From NCBI GenBank assembly GCA_016191285.1, contig JACPPA010000027.1, positions 41,603-105,602 of the forward strand: DNA of 64,000 nt, given 5' to 3'. Source of the stretch: Gammaproteobacteria bacterium. GTDB taxonomy: Bacteria; Pseudomonadota; Gammaproteobacteria; Ga0077536. Shown here one piece after another: positions 49,862 to 58,569 of the stretch. Below the pieces are notes generated by a model. The model ran no database searches, was not told the origin of the DNA, and saw nothing but the letters and a program-made list of their open reading frames with translations. The number at the start of each line of letters is the position of its first letter. Position 1 is the stretch's first letter. The translations under genes were made by a program, and so were the position numbers.

Positions 49862-50137
49862 ATGAGCGATACCGAGAAGGCCTTCAACATCGAAAACTGC
49901 GAGTTCGCGTTCAAGTGCCTCCGATACTGGGAAGGTCTTGAACCGACCGATAAGGACGACAAGCGCTACTGCATCGATTGCGAGCGCGAAGTGTTCTTGG
50001 TCGAAAACAAGGTGCTGTTCGAAGCGCATACGCGGCTGGGGCATTGCGTGGCGGTACACGATCCTTCGCGCAAAATTCGGGAATTTGTCCTCGGTATGCC
50101 CTACGCGAAGGACTACAGCGTTTTGAAGTGGGATTGA
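49862..50137 (+). CDS. Hypothetical small Cys-rich protein (possible zinc ribbon)
   Basis: CEFAFKC...CIDC gives a four-Cys arrangement. I do not recognise a family. Confidence 0.35.
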   Translation: MSDTEKAFNIENCEFAFKCLRYWEGLEPTDKDDKRYCIDCEREVFLVENKVLFEAHTRLGHCVAVHDPSRKIREFVLGMPYAKDYSVLKWD

Positions 50138-50226
50138 TGGGCGCTACGGTTTGGAATATTCTGATAACTCAATGAACCTGCGGTGTTGGTTCGCGCACGG
50201 CTGTTGTTGACCTGCATTCCCGACGA

Positions 50227-50757
50227 CTATAACGTCGCCAACACGCGATCCAAAAACACACGAGTCAACGCGTAGCTCCCTGGACGCTGCTCCTCGCGAG
50301 GGCCGGCGATGTTAAGTGTCGCTATGCGTTCCTCTGACAACCAAAGCGTGACGAGTGCCACGTCAGAATCAGAGTCGCAATCGACTAGGCGATATGGTTT
50401 ATCGGCTTGTTCAGCGAACTGGATAGTCGACAGCGTGCCACCCTCAACGACTCCGACGTTTAGAATCAGCGTCCCGTCGGAATCTCTGACGTTCCATTTT
50501 GTGCGTTGCGCGTACTTTGCGGAATGGGTTTCCCGTAATCGATATCGAGCGTGAATAACGCCGTCTTCGGCGCGTCGGCCTTTCGGGCACCATCCTCCAT
50601 GTTCGATCCCACTAGAAATCGCCCAATCCAGTGCGGCTCGATCAACGCCAGTTTGACCGCCCGAGAGAATAATGCTTAGGCCACGGTACGGTAAGCGATT
50701 AATGGAGGCGCACCTCGCAACTGACGAATGGAGAGCATTGCCGGAAACGCACCGCAA
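50227..50757 (-). CDS. SLOG-superfamily protein (putative molybdenum-carrier / YpsA-like family)
   Basis: IILSGGQTGVDRAALDWAISSGIEHGGWCPKGRRAEDGVI, YAQRTKWNVRDSDGTLIL and NIAGPRE motifs. TTG start, uncertain. Confidence 0.6.
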   Translation of the reverse strand: MRCVSGNALHSSVARCASINRLPYRGLSIILSGGQTGVDRAALDWAISSGIEHGGWCPKGRRAEDGVIHARYRLRETHSAKYAQRTKWNVRDSDGTLILNVGVVEGGTLSTIQFAEQADKPYRLVDCDSDSDVALVTLWLSEERIATLNIAGPREEQRPGSYALTRVFLDRVLATL

Positions 50758-50818
50758 TGTAACAGTACGTTCGAACCCACGGCGGGCAGCTCCACCTACC
50801 GTTTGGATTTTAGGGAAC

Positions 50819-50965
50819 CTCTGAATAAGTCCATCCTGGACTTATTCAGAGTACGGGAAGCAAAAAGTATGATTTTTGCTTCCCTTCATTTTCAATGGTT
50901 TGCACCCATCGAAAATGGCGGCGCTTCCCTGTGCCGCGGGAAGCTCTGCCTTTTGCAGAGCTTCC
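50819..50965 (+). repeat. Five-hairpin structured repeat, copy A
   Basis: Consecutive perfect or near-perfect hairpins at 50819-50851 (15 bp), 50855-50884 (12 bp), 50887-50917 (12 bp, one mismatch), ~50918-50937 (5 bp) and 50939-50965 (11 bp). An inverted homologue lies at 53236-53374. Confidence 0.8.
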
Positions 50966-51167
50966 TTAGACCTCGGAGCGGCGGAAATAAGTCGCCTACT
51001 TCCGCGCCCAGGGCGCCGGCGATCGTAATGAGATTCAGGGCTGCGATATTTCGTTCACCACGCTCAACGCCGCCGTAATACGCACGATCTAACCCCGCGT
51101 TGGCGGCAAAACCCTCCTGAGAGTAGCCAGCTTGCAGGCGAAGCTCCCCGATCCGCTGACCAATCAT
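50892..51167 (-). CDS. XRE-family HTH transcriptional regulator; the 3' end runs into repeat A
   Basis: MIGQRIGELRLQAGYSQEGFAANAGLDRAYYGGVERGERNIAALNLITIAGALGAEVGDLF. The last ~24 codons are encoded by repeat A and are probably not native. Confidence 0.65.
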   Translation of the reverse strand: MIGQRIGELRLQAGYSQEGFAANAGLDRAYYGGVERGERNIAALNLITIAGALGAEVGDLFPPLRGLRKLCKRQSFPRHREAPPFSMGANH

Positions 51168-51322
51168 TACCAATTGTGGATGCCGCTTTCGCACCCCGCA
51201 ACGCTAAGGGTATCCTTTTGCCGCGGCCACGGCCTATGAGGAGCATTAAAAGAAATCAAGCATCGGCACTGATCTCCAATCAGCCCTTAGCAGTTTTGAT
51301 TTTATGAACCTACGGAAGAACC

Positions 51323-51847
51323 ATGCGCCTTCTCACTCTCGCTCTCGTATTTGCCCTTATTGGATGCGGCGCGACGATTCAATCCTACGAGCACCTCAGT
51401 AACGAGACGAGACATAATTTATCGACTCATATCGGTGGCCAGGTTTTGAGAATCCAGCGCACATCAGATCTTCCGAATGCTTTCGGGAAGGCGGATATCT
51501 TCGGTGGCAAAGTCAATAACGGCTACACCGAACTATGGTATCAAGGCTTAGTTCCGGATGATCGCGTCGTTTTTCGTATCACCGAAGTCGAGACTGAATC
51601 CACCGAAACCACGATGAGCCGATACGGCAGTTCTAGGTCGACGGTCAGTGCCCAGCGCGTTGGTGACAATCTCTATGGCACGGTTACTTCGTATAGTGCT
51701 CCGAGCGGTAGTACAGAACGTTTGCCACCCAATATGACAGAGTTTGCGGTTGATCCAAATAAGAGCAAAGAATTCAGCGTCGCCGGGGTGACGGTCCGAA
51801 TTATCAATGCCACCGAAACATCGCTGTCTTATCAGCTTTTAAAGTAG
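51323..51847 (+). CDS. Hypothetical lipoprotein
   Basis: MRLLTLALVFALIGC carries a lipobox. There is no recognisable domain. It ends 7 nt before the IS66 terminal repeat. Confidence 0.5.
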   Translation: MRLLTLALVFALIGCGATIQSYEHLSNETRHNLSTHIGGQVLRIQRTSDLPNAFGKADIFGGKVNNGYTELWYQGLVPDDRVVFRITEVETESTETTMSRYGSSRSTVSAQRVGDNLYGTVTSYSAPSGSTERLPPNMTEFAVDPNKSKEFSVAGVTVRIINATETSLSYQLLK

Positions 51848-53415
51848 GCTGGTAGTAAGCGATCAACCAACCGCAATTTTTTCGGTGTGATAGCGGTGTG
51901 CATATGATCTGACGCTGGGACAGCCATGTCTTCTCTGAGCGCCACCGCCCACGGTAGCAGTGCTTCGATTTTCTCCACCGTATCCGCCGCCGGGAGTGCG
52001 TTGAAGACATGGCAGAGATAGCGATACGGCTCAAGCCCGTTCGCTTTCGCCGTCTCGATTAAGCTGTACAGATTGGCGGATGCCTGTGCACCCTTCACGG
52101 TATCCGCAAACAACCAGTTCTCGCGGCCAATCACAAACGGTCGGAGTGCATTCTCAGCGGCGTTGTTGTCGAGCGGATAATCGCCGTCCTCTAGAAAGCG
52201 CACGAGCTTCGGCCATTGCTCATTCAGGTAGTGCAGCGCTTTGCCCAGCAACGATTGGGGTGCGACGCCGTGTAGCTCGACTTCCACGCGGTGTTTGATT
52301 CGCGCCAGTAACGGCGCACTGTCACGTTGACGCAAGGCGCGGCGCGCGTTGGCCGCGAGACCTTTCGCCCGCGCCGCCACCGGGATTAAATCTTCCGCTT
52401 CAACCAACCGTCGTCGCGCCTGCGCCCAACAGCCTAAGTGACTGAGCGGTACCGTGCGCGCCACCACGTCATACACTTCATAACCGTCGGTCACCAGCAC
52501 CCCCTTGGCACCGGCATATAAATCAAGCGCGGTCTTGGCACTGCGCGACGGCGCATAGGTGAATAATCGGACCGGCGGCCCCGTGCCTGTCAGCTGTAAC
52601 CATAGATAAGACTTCGAGGTGGCGGCCCGACCGTCTTCCTTCAACACCTGCAGCTCGGTCTCGTCGCCATGCAGCACGGCGGCGTCGAACAGTCGGTCAC
52701 GCAGCAGATTAATCAACGGCGTCACCGCCTGACCCGCGCGAATAACACTGTGCGCCAAAGTGTGCCGCGCGATATCCCCGCCGAAGCGCCGCAAGATGGC
52801 CGCCTGCCGGTACAACGGCAGCGCGTCTTGGTACTTCGCGGTAATCACCCACGCCAACGCAGCCTCACTCAATTGCGACTTCGGCAGCAACCGCAACGGC
52901 CCGGGTGCCACCCGCACCCCTTGCACACAACAGGGACACGCGTACTTCACCCGCTCATGCCGAATCACCCGAATCAACGCTGGCACGATGTCCGGCTGCT
53001 CGGCCGTCTCCACACCCATCTCACGTAACACTGCGCCGTCGTGCGGACACACGCGTTCCGACGCCGGTAACTCATGCCGCACTACCATCCGCGGCAAGCC
53101 CGCATCCAAGGGTTTGCGCCCGCCACGCTTGCGCGAGTGCGACGGCACCTCCACACGCGTGGCCTCAGTCTCTGGCGCGACGCTGAGTGCCGCCCGTGCT
53201 TCCGCTTCGTTGAAGAATAAATCCGATTGCGCTAAGGAATCTCTGCAAAAGGCAGAGATTCCCGCGGCACAGGGAAGTGCCGCCATTTTCAACGGTCGCA
53301 GATCGTTGAAAATGAAGGAAAACAAAAATCGCACTTTTTGTTTTCCGTACTCTGAAAAGTCCAGGAGGGACTTCACCGCGCAAGCCATTAATACATAATT
53401 TATCGCACCGATCAC
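51832..53415 (-). pseudogene. IS66 transposase TnpC with the N-terminal region replaced
   Basis: TnpC similarity begins at DLFFNEAEA...RKRGGRKPLDAGLPR...CPHDG...KYACPCC and continues to ...EALLPW. The first ~60 codons are encoded by repeat B, and the ORF reads through the terminal repeat. Confidence 0.7.
53236..53374 (-). repeat. Five-hairpin structured repeat, copy B (inverted relative to A; outer hairpin truncated)
   Basis: The reverse complement aligns with copy A at roughly 85% identity by eye. Substitutions in stems 2, 3 and 5 are paired on both arms. Confidence 0.8.
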
Positions 53416-53419
53416 ACCG

Positions 53420-53839
53420 TCAACTGGCGCGCCGATAGCGCAACACCTGATGACCGCGCAACGCCGCTAAATCAACCCCGCACAACAACCAACGCAACTG
53501 CTCCACACTCAAGATCAGCACCGCCTCATCTGTACGCGGCCAGATAAAACGCTCACGCTCCAGTCGCTTGTAACACAACCAAAAACCATTCCGCTCCCAG
53601 CTCACTAGCTTCACTTTGTCGCGACGACGGTTGCTGAACACAAAACACGACTCACTAAACACTACCACTTTATCCGGCGCAGGCACCGCACCACCCCGGC
53701 GCTTCAGCTCATGCCGTGCCGCATATAAACGTTGCACCGAAAGACTCTGCGACGCCGCGTAACGCGCTAACGGCTCGCCACTCCGCGCGGCCGCCGCTAA
53801 ATGCTGGTGCCAATGTGATAACGGTTGACGTTTCGACAT
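53420..53839 (-). pseudogene. IS66 tnpA'-'tnpB in-frame fusion remnant
   Basis: The N-terminal ~55 aa look like IS66 Orf1 (MSKRQPLSHWHQHLAAAARSGEPLARYAASQSLSVQRLYAARHEL). The remainder matches the C-terminal two thirds of IS66 Orf2/TnpB (VFSNRRRDKVKLVSWERNGFWLCYKRLERERFIWP). Confidence 0.6.
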
Positions 53840-53924
53840 GTGCTGCGCTCCCATTTCGTACCGGAAGCGCAGACTGTGCCCCTAAACGATAGCGAACATA
53901 AGATTGGGGATTACGGTTCGCTTA

Positions 53925-53977
53925 CAACTGATTCGTAATCAGTAGGTCCGCGGTTCGACTCCGCGCGTCGGCACCAA
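53925..53977 (+). repeat. Duplicate of the 3' half of tRNA-Thr (putative attR remnant)
   Basis: It is identical over 53 bp to 48957-49009 (CAACTGATTCGTAATCAGTAGGTCCGCGGTTCGACTCCGCGCGTCGGCACCAA). The first C could also be the last base of the IS66 terminus. Confidence 0.9.
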
Positions 53978-54130
53978 AATCAACAAGTTACCCGAGTGCG
54001 AATTTCAGGCTGCCTAAGCATCGCCGGTTTTGCCGTAACGGTTCTCGCGGCAACGCTTCATCGATCAGAAAAGCCGCGCTTTCTATCATCCGGCGTGCAC
54101 CGCTCGACGTGACGCACAGCGGCAGATGCC

Positions 54131-55273
54131 TCAGAACAGCGGATAATTTGGCGTCAGTCCGAGACGATGCCGCCCATAGAGCTCGAAGGCGACATCGCGT
54201 TCGATGAAGGCGTGGGTGGCGAGCATGTTGAGGTCGCGGAAGTAGCGCTGCAGCGGCGTACCGAGGTTGAAGCTCCTCGTCCCCGCGCGCGACATCATCG
54301 CGTTGACCGCCTCGCGGCATAGGTCGGCGATATATCCAGCGCGCATTTTCAAGTCGAGCCGCGTATCGAGAGTGAACTGCCGCTGCCGCATGCATACTTC
54401 GGTGTCGGTAACCAGGCGCTCGAGCAGCATGCCGGCGGCGCGCGAGCGCGCATGCGCTTCGCCGAGATTGATGTGTACGGCCTGCTTCTGGGCGAGCACG
54501 TCTCCTCCCCAGGTCATGACCTTGTTCTGCATGAGGGTCTGGTACGCTGCCGTCGCCCCTTCGAGGCCGCCGCAGTAGACGCCCATGACTTCACAGTAGA
54601 TGAAGGGTAGCAGCGGAATGGCATACAGCGGATTGTCGTGGATCGAGTCCGTGCCGTTGAACAGCGCTTCAGCCGGGACCGAGCGGTGCTCGGGCACGAA
54701 GAGATTTTCCGTGATGACATCGTTGCTGCCGGTGCCGGCCATGCCGCTCATATGCCACACATCTTCCACCTTGACGTCCTTGATCGGGACCACGAAGGCA
54801 CGTGCGTCCGCACCGCCGGCCTTCGCGATCATGACCCAGTCGGCATGCATGATTCCCGAGCTGAAGCTCGAGCGTCCGCTGATCTCGTAGCCGCCGCGCA
54901 CCGGCTTGATGCGGACGTTCGGGGATGGCTGGATGGGCATCAGTCCAAAGGGGCGTTCGGCCCAGACTTCACGCTGAACCTGTTCTGGAAACTTGGTCAG
55001 CATCCAATTGTGTCCGATATAAAAGGCTGTGACCCAGCCCGTAGACAGACAGGCACTGCTCACCGCGCGCGTGACGCCAGCCAGTGCGTCCAGCCCCAGC
55101 TCGTGCCCGCCGAAACGCTTCGGCACCAGCATTTGCATGATCCCAGCATCGACGAGCGCGCCGATGGACTCGTCGTGAGGCCGACGCTGAGCTTCGCTGG
55201 CTTGCGCACGTGCGGCGATTCCGGGCAGTTGCGCCGCGACTTGTTCCAGTAGTATTTCTTTCGTGATCAACAC
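54131..55273 (-). CDS. Acyl-CoA-dehydrogenase-fold flavin-dependent monooxygenase (HpaH/HsaA/DszC-like oxygenase component)
   Basis: 380 aa: AQRRPHDESIGALVDAGIMQMLVPKRFGGHELG..., GGYEISGRSSFSSG. There is no obvious acyl-CoA catalytic-base context. Family-level call only. Confidence 0.6.
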   Translation of the reverse strand: MLITKEILLEQVAAQLPGIAARAQASEAQRRPHDESIGALVDAGIMQMLVPKRFGGHELGLDALAGVTRAVSSACLSTGWVTAFYIGHNWMLTKFPEQVQREVWAERPFGLMPIQPSPNVRIKPVRGGYEISGRSSFSSGIMHADWVMIAKAGGADARAFVVPIKDVKVEDVWHMSGMAGTGSNDVITENLFVPEHRSVPAEALFNGTDSIHDNPLYAIPLLPFIYCEVMGVYCGGLEGATAAYQTLMQNKVMTWGGDVLAQKQAVHINLGEAHARSRAAGMLLERLVTDTEVCMRQRQFTLDTRLDLKMRAGYIADLCREAVNAMMSRAGTRSFNLGTPLQRYFRDLNMLATHAFIERDVAFELYGRHRLGLTPNYPLF

Positions 55274-55333
55274 GGAGTGATCTCCCCTTCGATTGCAGCG
55301 CCTCTTCGATATCGAGCCGAGATTCGGTGCAGG

Positions 55334-56413
55334 TTATGCCTGTCGCTCGTGAGCACTCATCGGCAAGCTCGCCGTAGCCCGCTCTTCCTCGAGCAGCTTG
55401 TCCAGCACCCACAGCATCTTGACCGGCCCCGCATCGTTCGCAATGTTCAACAGTTTCAGATCGGGGCGTTCCTTGCGCCGCTGATGCTGCGCTTCGAGCA
55501 TGATTCGATCTTCTTCGAAAGCCTCGTCCAGCGTGCTCCCCAGCAGATCGCTCAAGCCGGGGAACTCTGTTTCCTTGCTGGCGCCCCACGAGTAGTAGTA
55601 GTCCACCGAATCATCATCGCAGGGAGTCACCGCCTGGCAGGTCCAGGTGTCCACCACCATCTGGCCGCTGGATTCGCCAACGGTGGCCGTGCCGGCGGTG
55701 AAAGCGCGGAAACGCATGATCCAGTTGCACGGCACGGTATGCTGTATATCGAGGCAGATATCCAGCTTGGCGCCTTCCGGGAAAAGATGGGCAACGGCGC
55801 CAGTGGGCGCCACCGAGCGTACCCAACACCGGGTGTTCAAACCCCGTGGCGTAATCTCGTAGTGCGATTTCATCTCGCTGTATTTGCGATCGCCGCCGAC
55901 GGTCTGTGGATGGACCCAGGCGATATGACTGAGATCCGCGAGGTTTTCTATCTCGCGGCGGTAATTGGTCTCAACGTGCATCTGGGAGGTGCGGATATTC
56001 CAATTGGGATCGTCCGGCCCGACCGCGAAGCAGATTAGCCCGGGATCAGCCTTGGCCGGGTCGCCCATCCAGACCCATACCCAATTGTCTTTCTCGACGA
56101 CCGGAAATGCCCGCACGCAGGTGCCCGCGGGGATCGTGGTCTGGCCGGGAATCTCCTCGCACACGCCGGCGCTATTGAACTTCAAGCCGTGGTACATGCA
56201 GCGCAGTCCATCGCCTTCCTTGCGGCCATGGGATAGCGCGGCCTGACGGTGCGGGCAGCGATCTTCGAACGCAATCACGCCGCCGTCCGGCTTGCGATAC
56301 AAAACGACGCGCTCGCCGGCAATCTTGCGCGCGACGATCGCCTTTCGACCCTGGTGGATCTCGTAGTCCCAGCCCGCGCAGTACCAGGCGTTCTGCAGAA
56401 AAATCTCAGCCAT
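55334..56413 (-). CDS. Rieske [2Fe-2S] non-heme-iron oxygenase, VanA/phthalate-family alpha subunit
   Basis: ATG at 56413 gives MAEIFLQNAWYCAGWDYEI. The Rieske motif is CPHRQAALSHG...CMYHGLKF. The mononuclear-iron region contains NLADLSHIAWVH. Confidence 0.8.
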   Translation of the reverse strand: MAEIFLQNAWYCAGWDYEIHQGRKAIVARKIAGERVVLYRKPDGGVIAFEDRCPHRQAALSHGRKEGDGLRCMYHGLKFNSAGVCEEIPGQTTIPAGTCVRAFPVVEKDNWVWVWMGDPAKADPGLICFAVGPDDPNWNIRTSQMHVETNYRREIENLADLSHIAWVHPQTVGGDRKYSEMKSHYEITPRGLNTRCWVRSVAPTGAVAHLFPEGAKLDICLDIQHTVPCNWIMRFRAFTAGTATVGESSGQMVVDTWTCQAVTPCDDDSVDYYYSWGASKETEFPGLSDLLGSTLDEAFEEDRIMLEAQHQRRKERPDLKLLNIANDAGPVKMLWVLDKLLEEERATASLPMSAHERQA

Positions 56414-56878
56414 TATCGACTCCTCCAGACAATTGCTTTGCCGCAAGACGTGCTTGACGCGGTGCGGCGCCTGGGATCGCATTCTGACATCCGGCGCCGC
56501 CTGTGATTCTAAACGCAGCGCGAAGGGCCGGCACCCCCTTCCGAAACCTTGCGAAAGATTAAGTGAGGGATCAATTTCACTGAAGGACGGTGACGCCAAG
56601 CGACCAGACGGTCCCACGGAGGTCGGCAGCGGGATCGACCGAACCGAGCCGGTGAGCGGAGAGCGCTATACCGTTAAGCGGTACGGGAGCGAGAAGGCGC
56701 GGTGCTTCTTGGCGTAATTCCCGGATTACATTTAAACCAATCAACCCCGATTTCGAACCGATCGTCTCTACGGACGCGGATGAAGGAGAACTGCAGGTGA
56801 TTGCTGAAGTCCTGGAAATGCTTCCTGCGTAGACTTTGGGTGCCCGGCGAGCTGGAATGCAACGACCATGCTCAGCAC

Positions 56879-56898
56879 TGATTGGTACCTACCAATCA
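56879..56898. promoter_or_regulatory. Perfect 9-2-9 inverted repeat, candidate operator
   Basis: TGATTGGTA-CC-TACCAATCA lies ~150 nt upstream of the GH13-like gene, in the divergent intergenic region. Confidence 0.35.
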
Positions 56899-57045
56899 CT
56901 CACCGGTCGGGCTCTCCACTAGAAAGGGTTTCGACGATCAATTCGGCGCGGAGCAGGGGAGAGATTATTTCCGCCTTTCGGCCGCCGGGACGAACGAGCG
57001 GTAGAATTGATGCACTAGTAAACAATCGGCGCCTATTCGATTCAG

Positions 57046-58569
57046 ATGCCTAATTTTTCAACGCCCATACGCTACCCAGCGTTGTATCAACTCAATACTC
57101 GAGTTTACCTAACCACGCGCGCGCAGGACCTGGCACGTAAGGCCACACTCGACGATATTGCCGACGGTGAACTCGATCGGCTCGCCGCGCTCGGCTTCGA
57201 CTGGGTGTGGTTGCTCGGGGTTTGGCAGTTGGGCGCCGCGAGCAGTGAGATCTCGCGAACTAATCCAGCATGGCAGGCTGAATTTCGACGTGTATTGCCC
57301 GCTGTCACTGACGCCGATATTGGCGGTTCTTGTTTTGCCATCCAGCGTTATGTGGTTAGCGCCGAATTGGGCGGCGATGAAGCTTTAGCGCGATTGCGCG
57401 CACGGCTGCAGGCGCGCGGCCTGCGTTTATTGCTAGATTTCGTGCCGAATCATACCGCGCTCGATCATCCGTGGGTCCTTGATCATCCCGAGCGCTTCGT
57501 CCACGGCAGTCGCGACGATCTCAGTCGCGCACCGGAGAATTTTTGCCGGCTGATCGGGAGCGATGATGCGTTTATTTTCGCCCATGGCCGCGACCCCAAT
57601 TTCACGGGGTGGCCAGACACCCTGCAACTCGACTATTCGAATCCCGCGACCGTAAGCGCGATGCAGGCTGAACTGCTGCACATTGCCGCACGCTGCGATG
57701 GCGTGCGTTGCGATATGGCGATGTTGGTGCTGCCGGAAGTGTTTCTGCGCACCTGGGGACGCACCATGGCAGCGTTCTGGCCCACCGCTATTGCGTCGGT
57801 GCGCGCGGCACATCCGCATTTCATGTTCATGGCTGAAGTGTATTGGGATCTCGAATGGGCGATGCAGCAACAGGGCTTCGATTACACCTACGACAAACGC
57901 CTTTACGATCGGTTACGCGCCGCATCGCCGGCTGGAATCCGCGCGCACCTCGGCGCCGGAATGGACTTTCAGGACAAACTCGTCCGGTTCTTGGAAAATC
58001 ACGATGAGCCGCGAGCGGCCGAAGTATTTCCCCGTCCCATGCAGCAGGCGGCGGCGGCGCTCGCGTACACCGTGCCCGGGTTACGCTTCTTCCACCAAGG
58101 TCAGTTGGAGGGTTATCGCCAACACCTCCCCACGCATCTGGTGCGTGGCCCGGCTGAAGAAACGGATCCCGAACTCGCGGAATTCTACGCGCGTCTGCTG
58201 CGTTGTCTGCGGACTCGTGCGCTCCGCGAAGGCCTCTGGCGCCGGTGTGAACCGCGTCCGGCGTGGGACGGTAACGCGAGTGTCGAGAATTATCTGATTC
58301 ACACGTGGACCGACGGCGACACCGCGAAGTACCTGGTTGCCGTTAACTATTCGCCGCATCAAGCGCAATGTTTTGCGCCGCTGCCGTGGCCAAGGTTTCA
58401 AGGGCCGATCATTCGTTTTCGCGACCGCTTAAGCGCCGCCATCTATGATCGCGACCGCGACGCGCTACTCATGCATGGACTGTATCTGGACTTACCCCCG
58501 TGGGGTTGTCATTTGTTTGAACTCACGCAGGGCTTAAGCGAAGGGGAGATGTGCGATGGCGTCCGATGA
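57046..58569 (+). CDS. Alpha-amylase-family (GH13-like) glycoside hydrolase
   Basis: [34 protein letters not shown] and FLENHDEPR correspond to conserved GH13 regions I-IV. Confidence 0.7.
   Translation: MPNFSTPIRYPALYQLNTRVYLTTRAQDLARKATLDDIADGELDRLAALGFDWVWLLGVWQLGAASSEISRTNPAWQAEFRRVLPAVTDADIGGSCFAIQRYVVSAELGGDEALARLRARLQARGLRLLLDFVPNHTALDHPWVLDHPERFVHGSRDDLSRAPENFCRLIGSDDAFIFAHGRDPNFTGWPDTLQLDYSNPATVSAMQAELLHIAARCDGVRCDMAMLVLPEVFLRTWGRTMAAFWPTAIASVRAAHPHFMFMAEVYWDLEWAMQQQGFDYTYDKRLYDRLRAASPAGIRAHLGAGMDFQDKLVRFLENHDEPRAAEVFPRPMQQAAAALAYTVPGLRFFHQGQLEGYRQHLPTHLVRGPAEETDPELAEFYARLLRCLRTRALREGLWRRCEPRPAWDGNASVENYLIHTWTDGDTAKYLVAVNYSPHQAQCFAPLPWPRFQGPIIRFRDRLSAAIYDRDRDALLMHGLYLDLPPWGCHLFELTQGLSEGEMCDGVR

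Larger units (their letters stand above)
49010..53924. mobile_element. Decayed tRNA-Thr-associated genomic islet with no integrase left
   Basis: It is bounded by the intact tRNA-Thr and by an identical 53-bp direct copy of the tRNA 3' half at 53925-53977. The cargo is typical accessory material: a TA pair, a parB remnant, an XRE regulator and an IS66. It looks more AT-rich than the flanks by eye. Confidence 0.55.
51855..53925 (-). mobile_element. Degenerate IS66-family insertion sequence
   Basis: Both termini start with GTAAGCGA: plus strand at 51855, reverse complement at 53925. It contains a tnpA'-'tnpB fusion and a 5'-disrupted tnpC. At ~2.07 kb it is shorter than the usual ~2.5-2.7 kb. 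The flanking 8-mers GGCTGGTA and AACTGATT differ, so there is no target-site duplication. Confidence 0.75.

Noticed and set aside
50819-50965. Repeat A/B as genuine coding sequence (C-terminus of the XRE protein, N-terminus of TnpC)
   Set aside because: The same DNA is read in different frames and on different strands in the two genes. The resulting peptides do not resemble the respective protein families. The conservation pattern follows base-pairing, not codons.
49010-53924. Integrase or recombinase within the islet
   Set aside because: I checked all six frames in the ORF track for tyrosine-recombinase (R..H..R..Y) or serine-recombinase hallmarks and found none. The only transposition genes are the IS66 remnants.
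53925-53977. A second functional tRNA-Thr gene
   Set aside because: Only the anticodon-stem 3' portion, the T-arm and the acceptor 3' strand are present. The 5' half is replaced by the IS66 terminus.
53988-54395. 135-aa minus-strand ORF next to the tRNA fragment
   Set aside because: It overlaps the 3' end of the flavin monooxygenase gene in another frame. It is Arg/Ala-rich and has no start context.
55277-56038. 253-aa plus-strand ORF
   Set aside because: It is antisense to the Rieske oxygenase gene, whose CxH...CxxH motif and N-terminus are clear.
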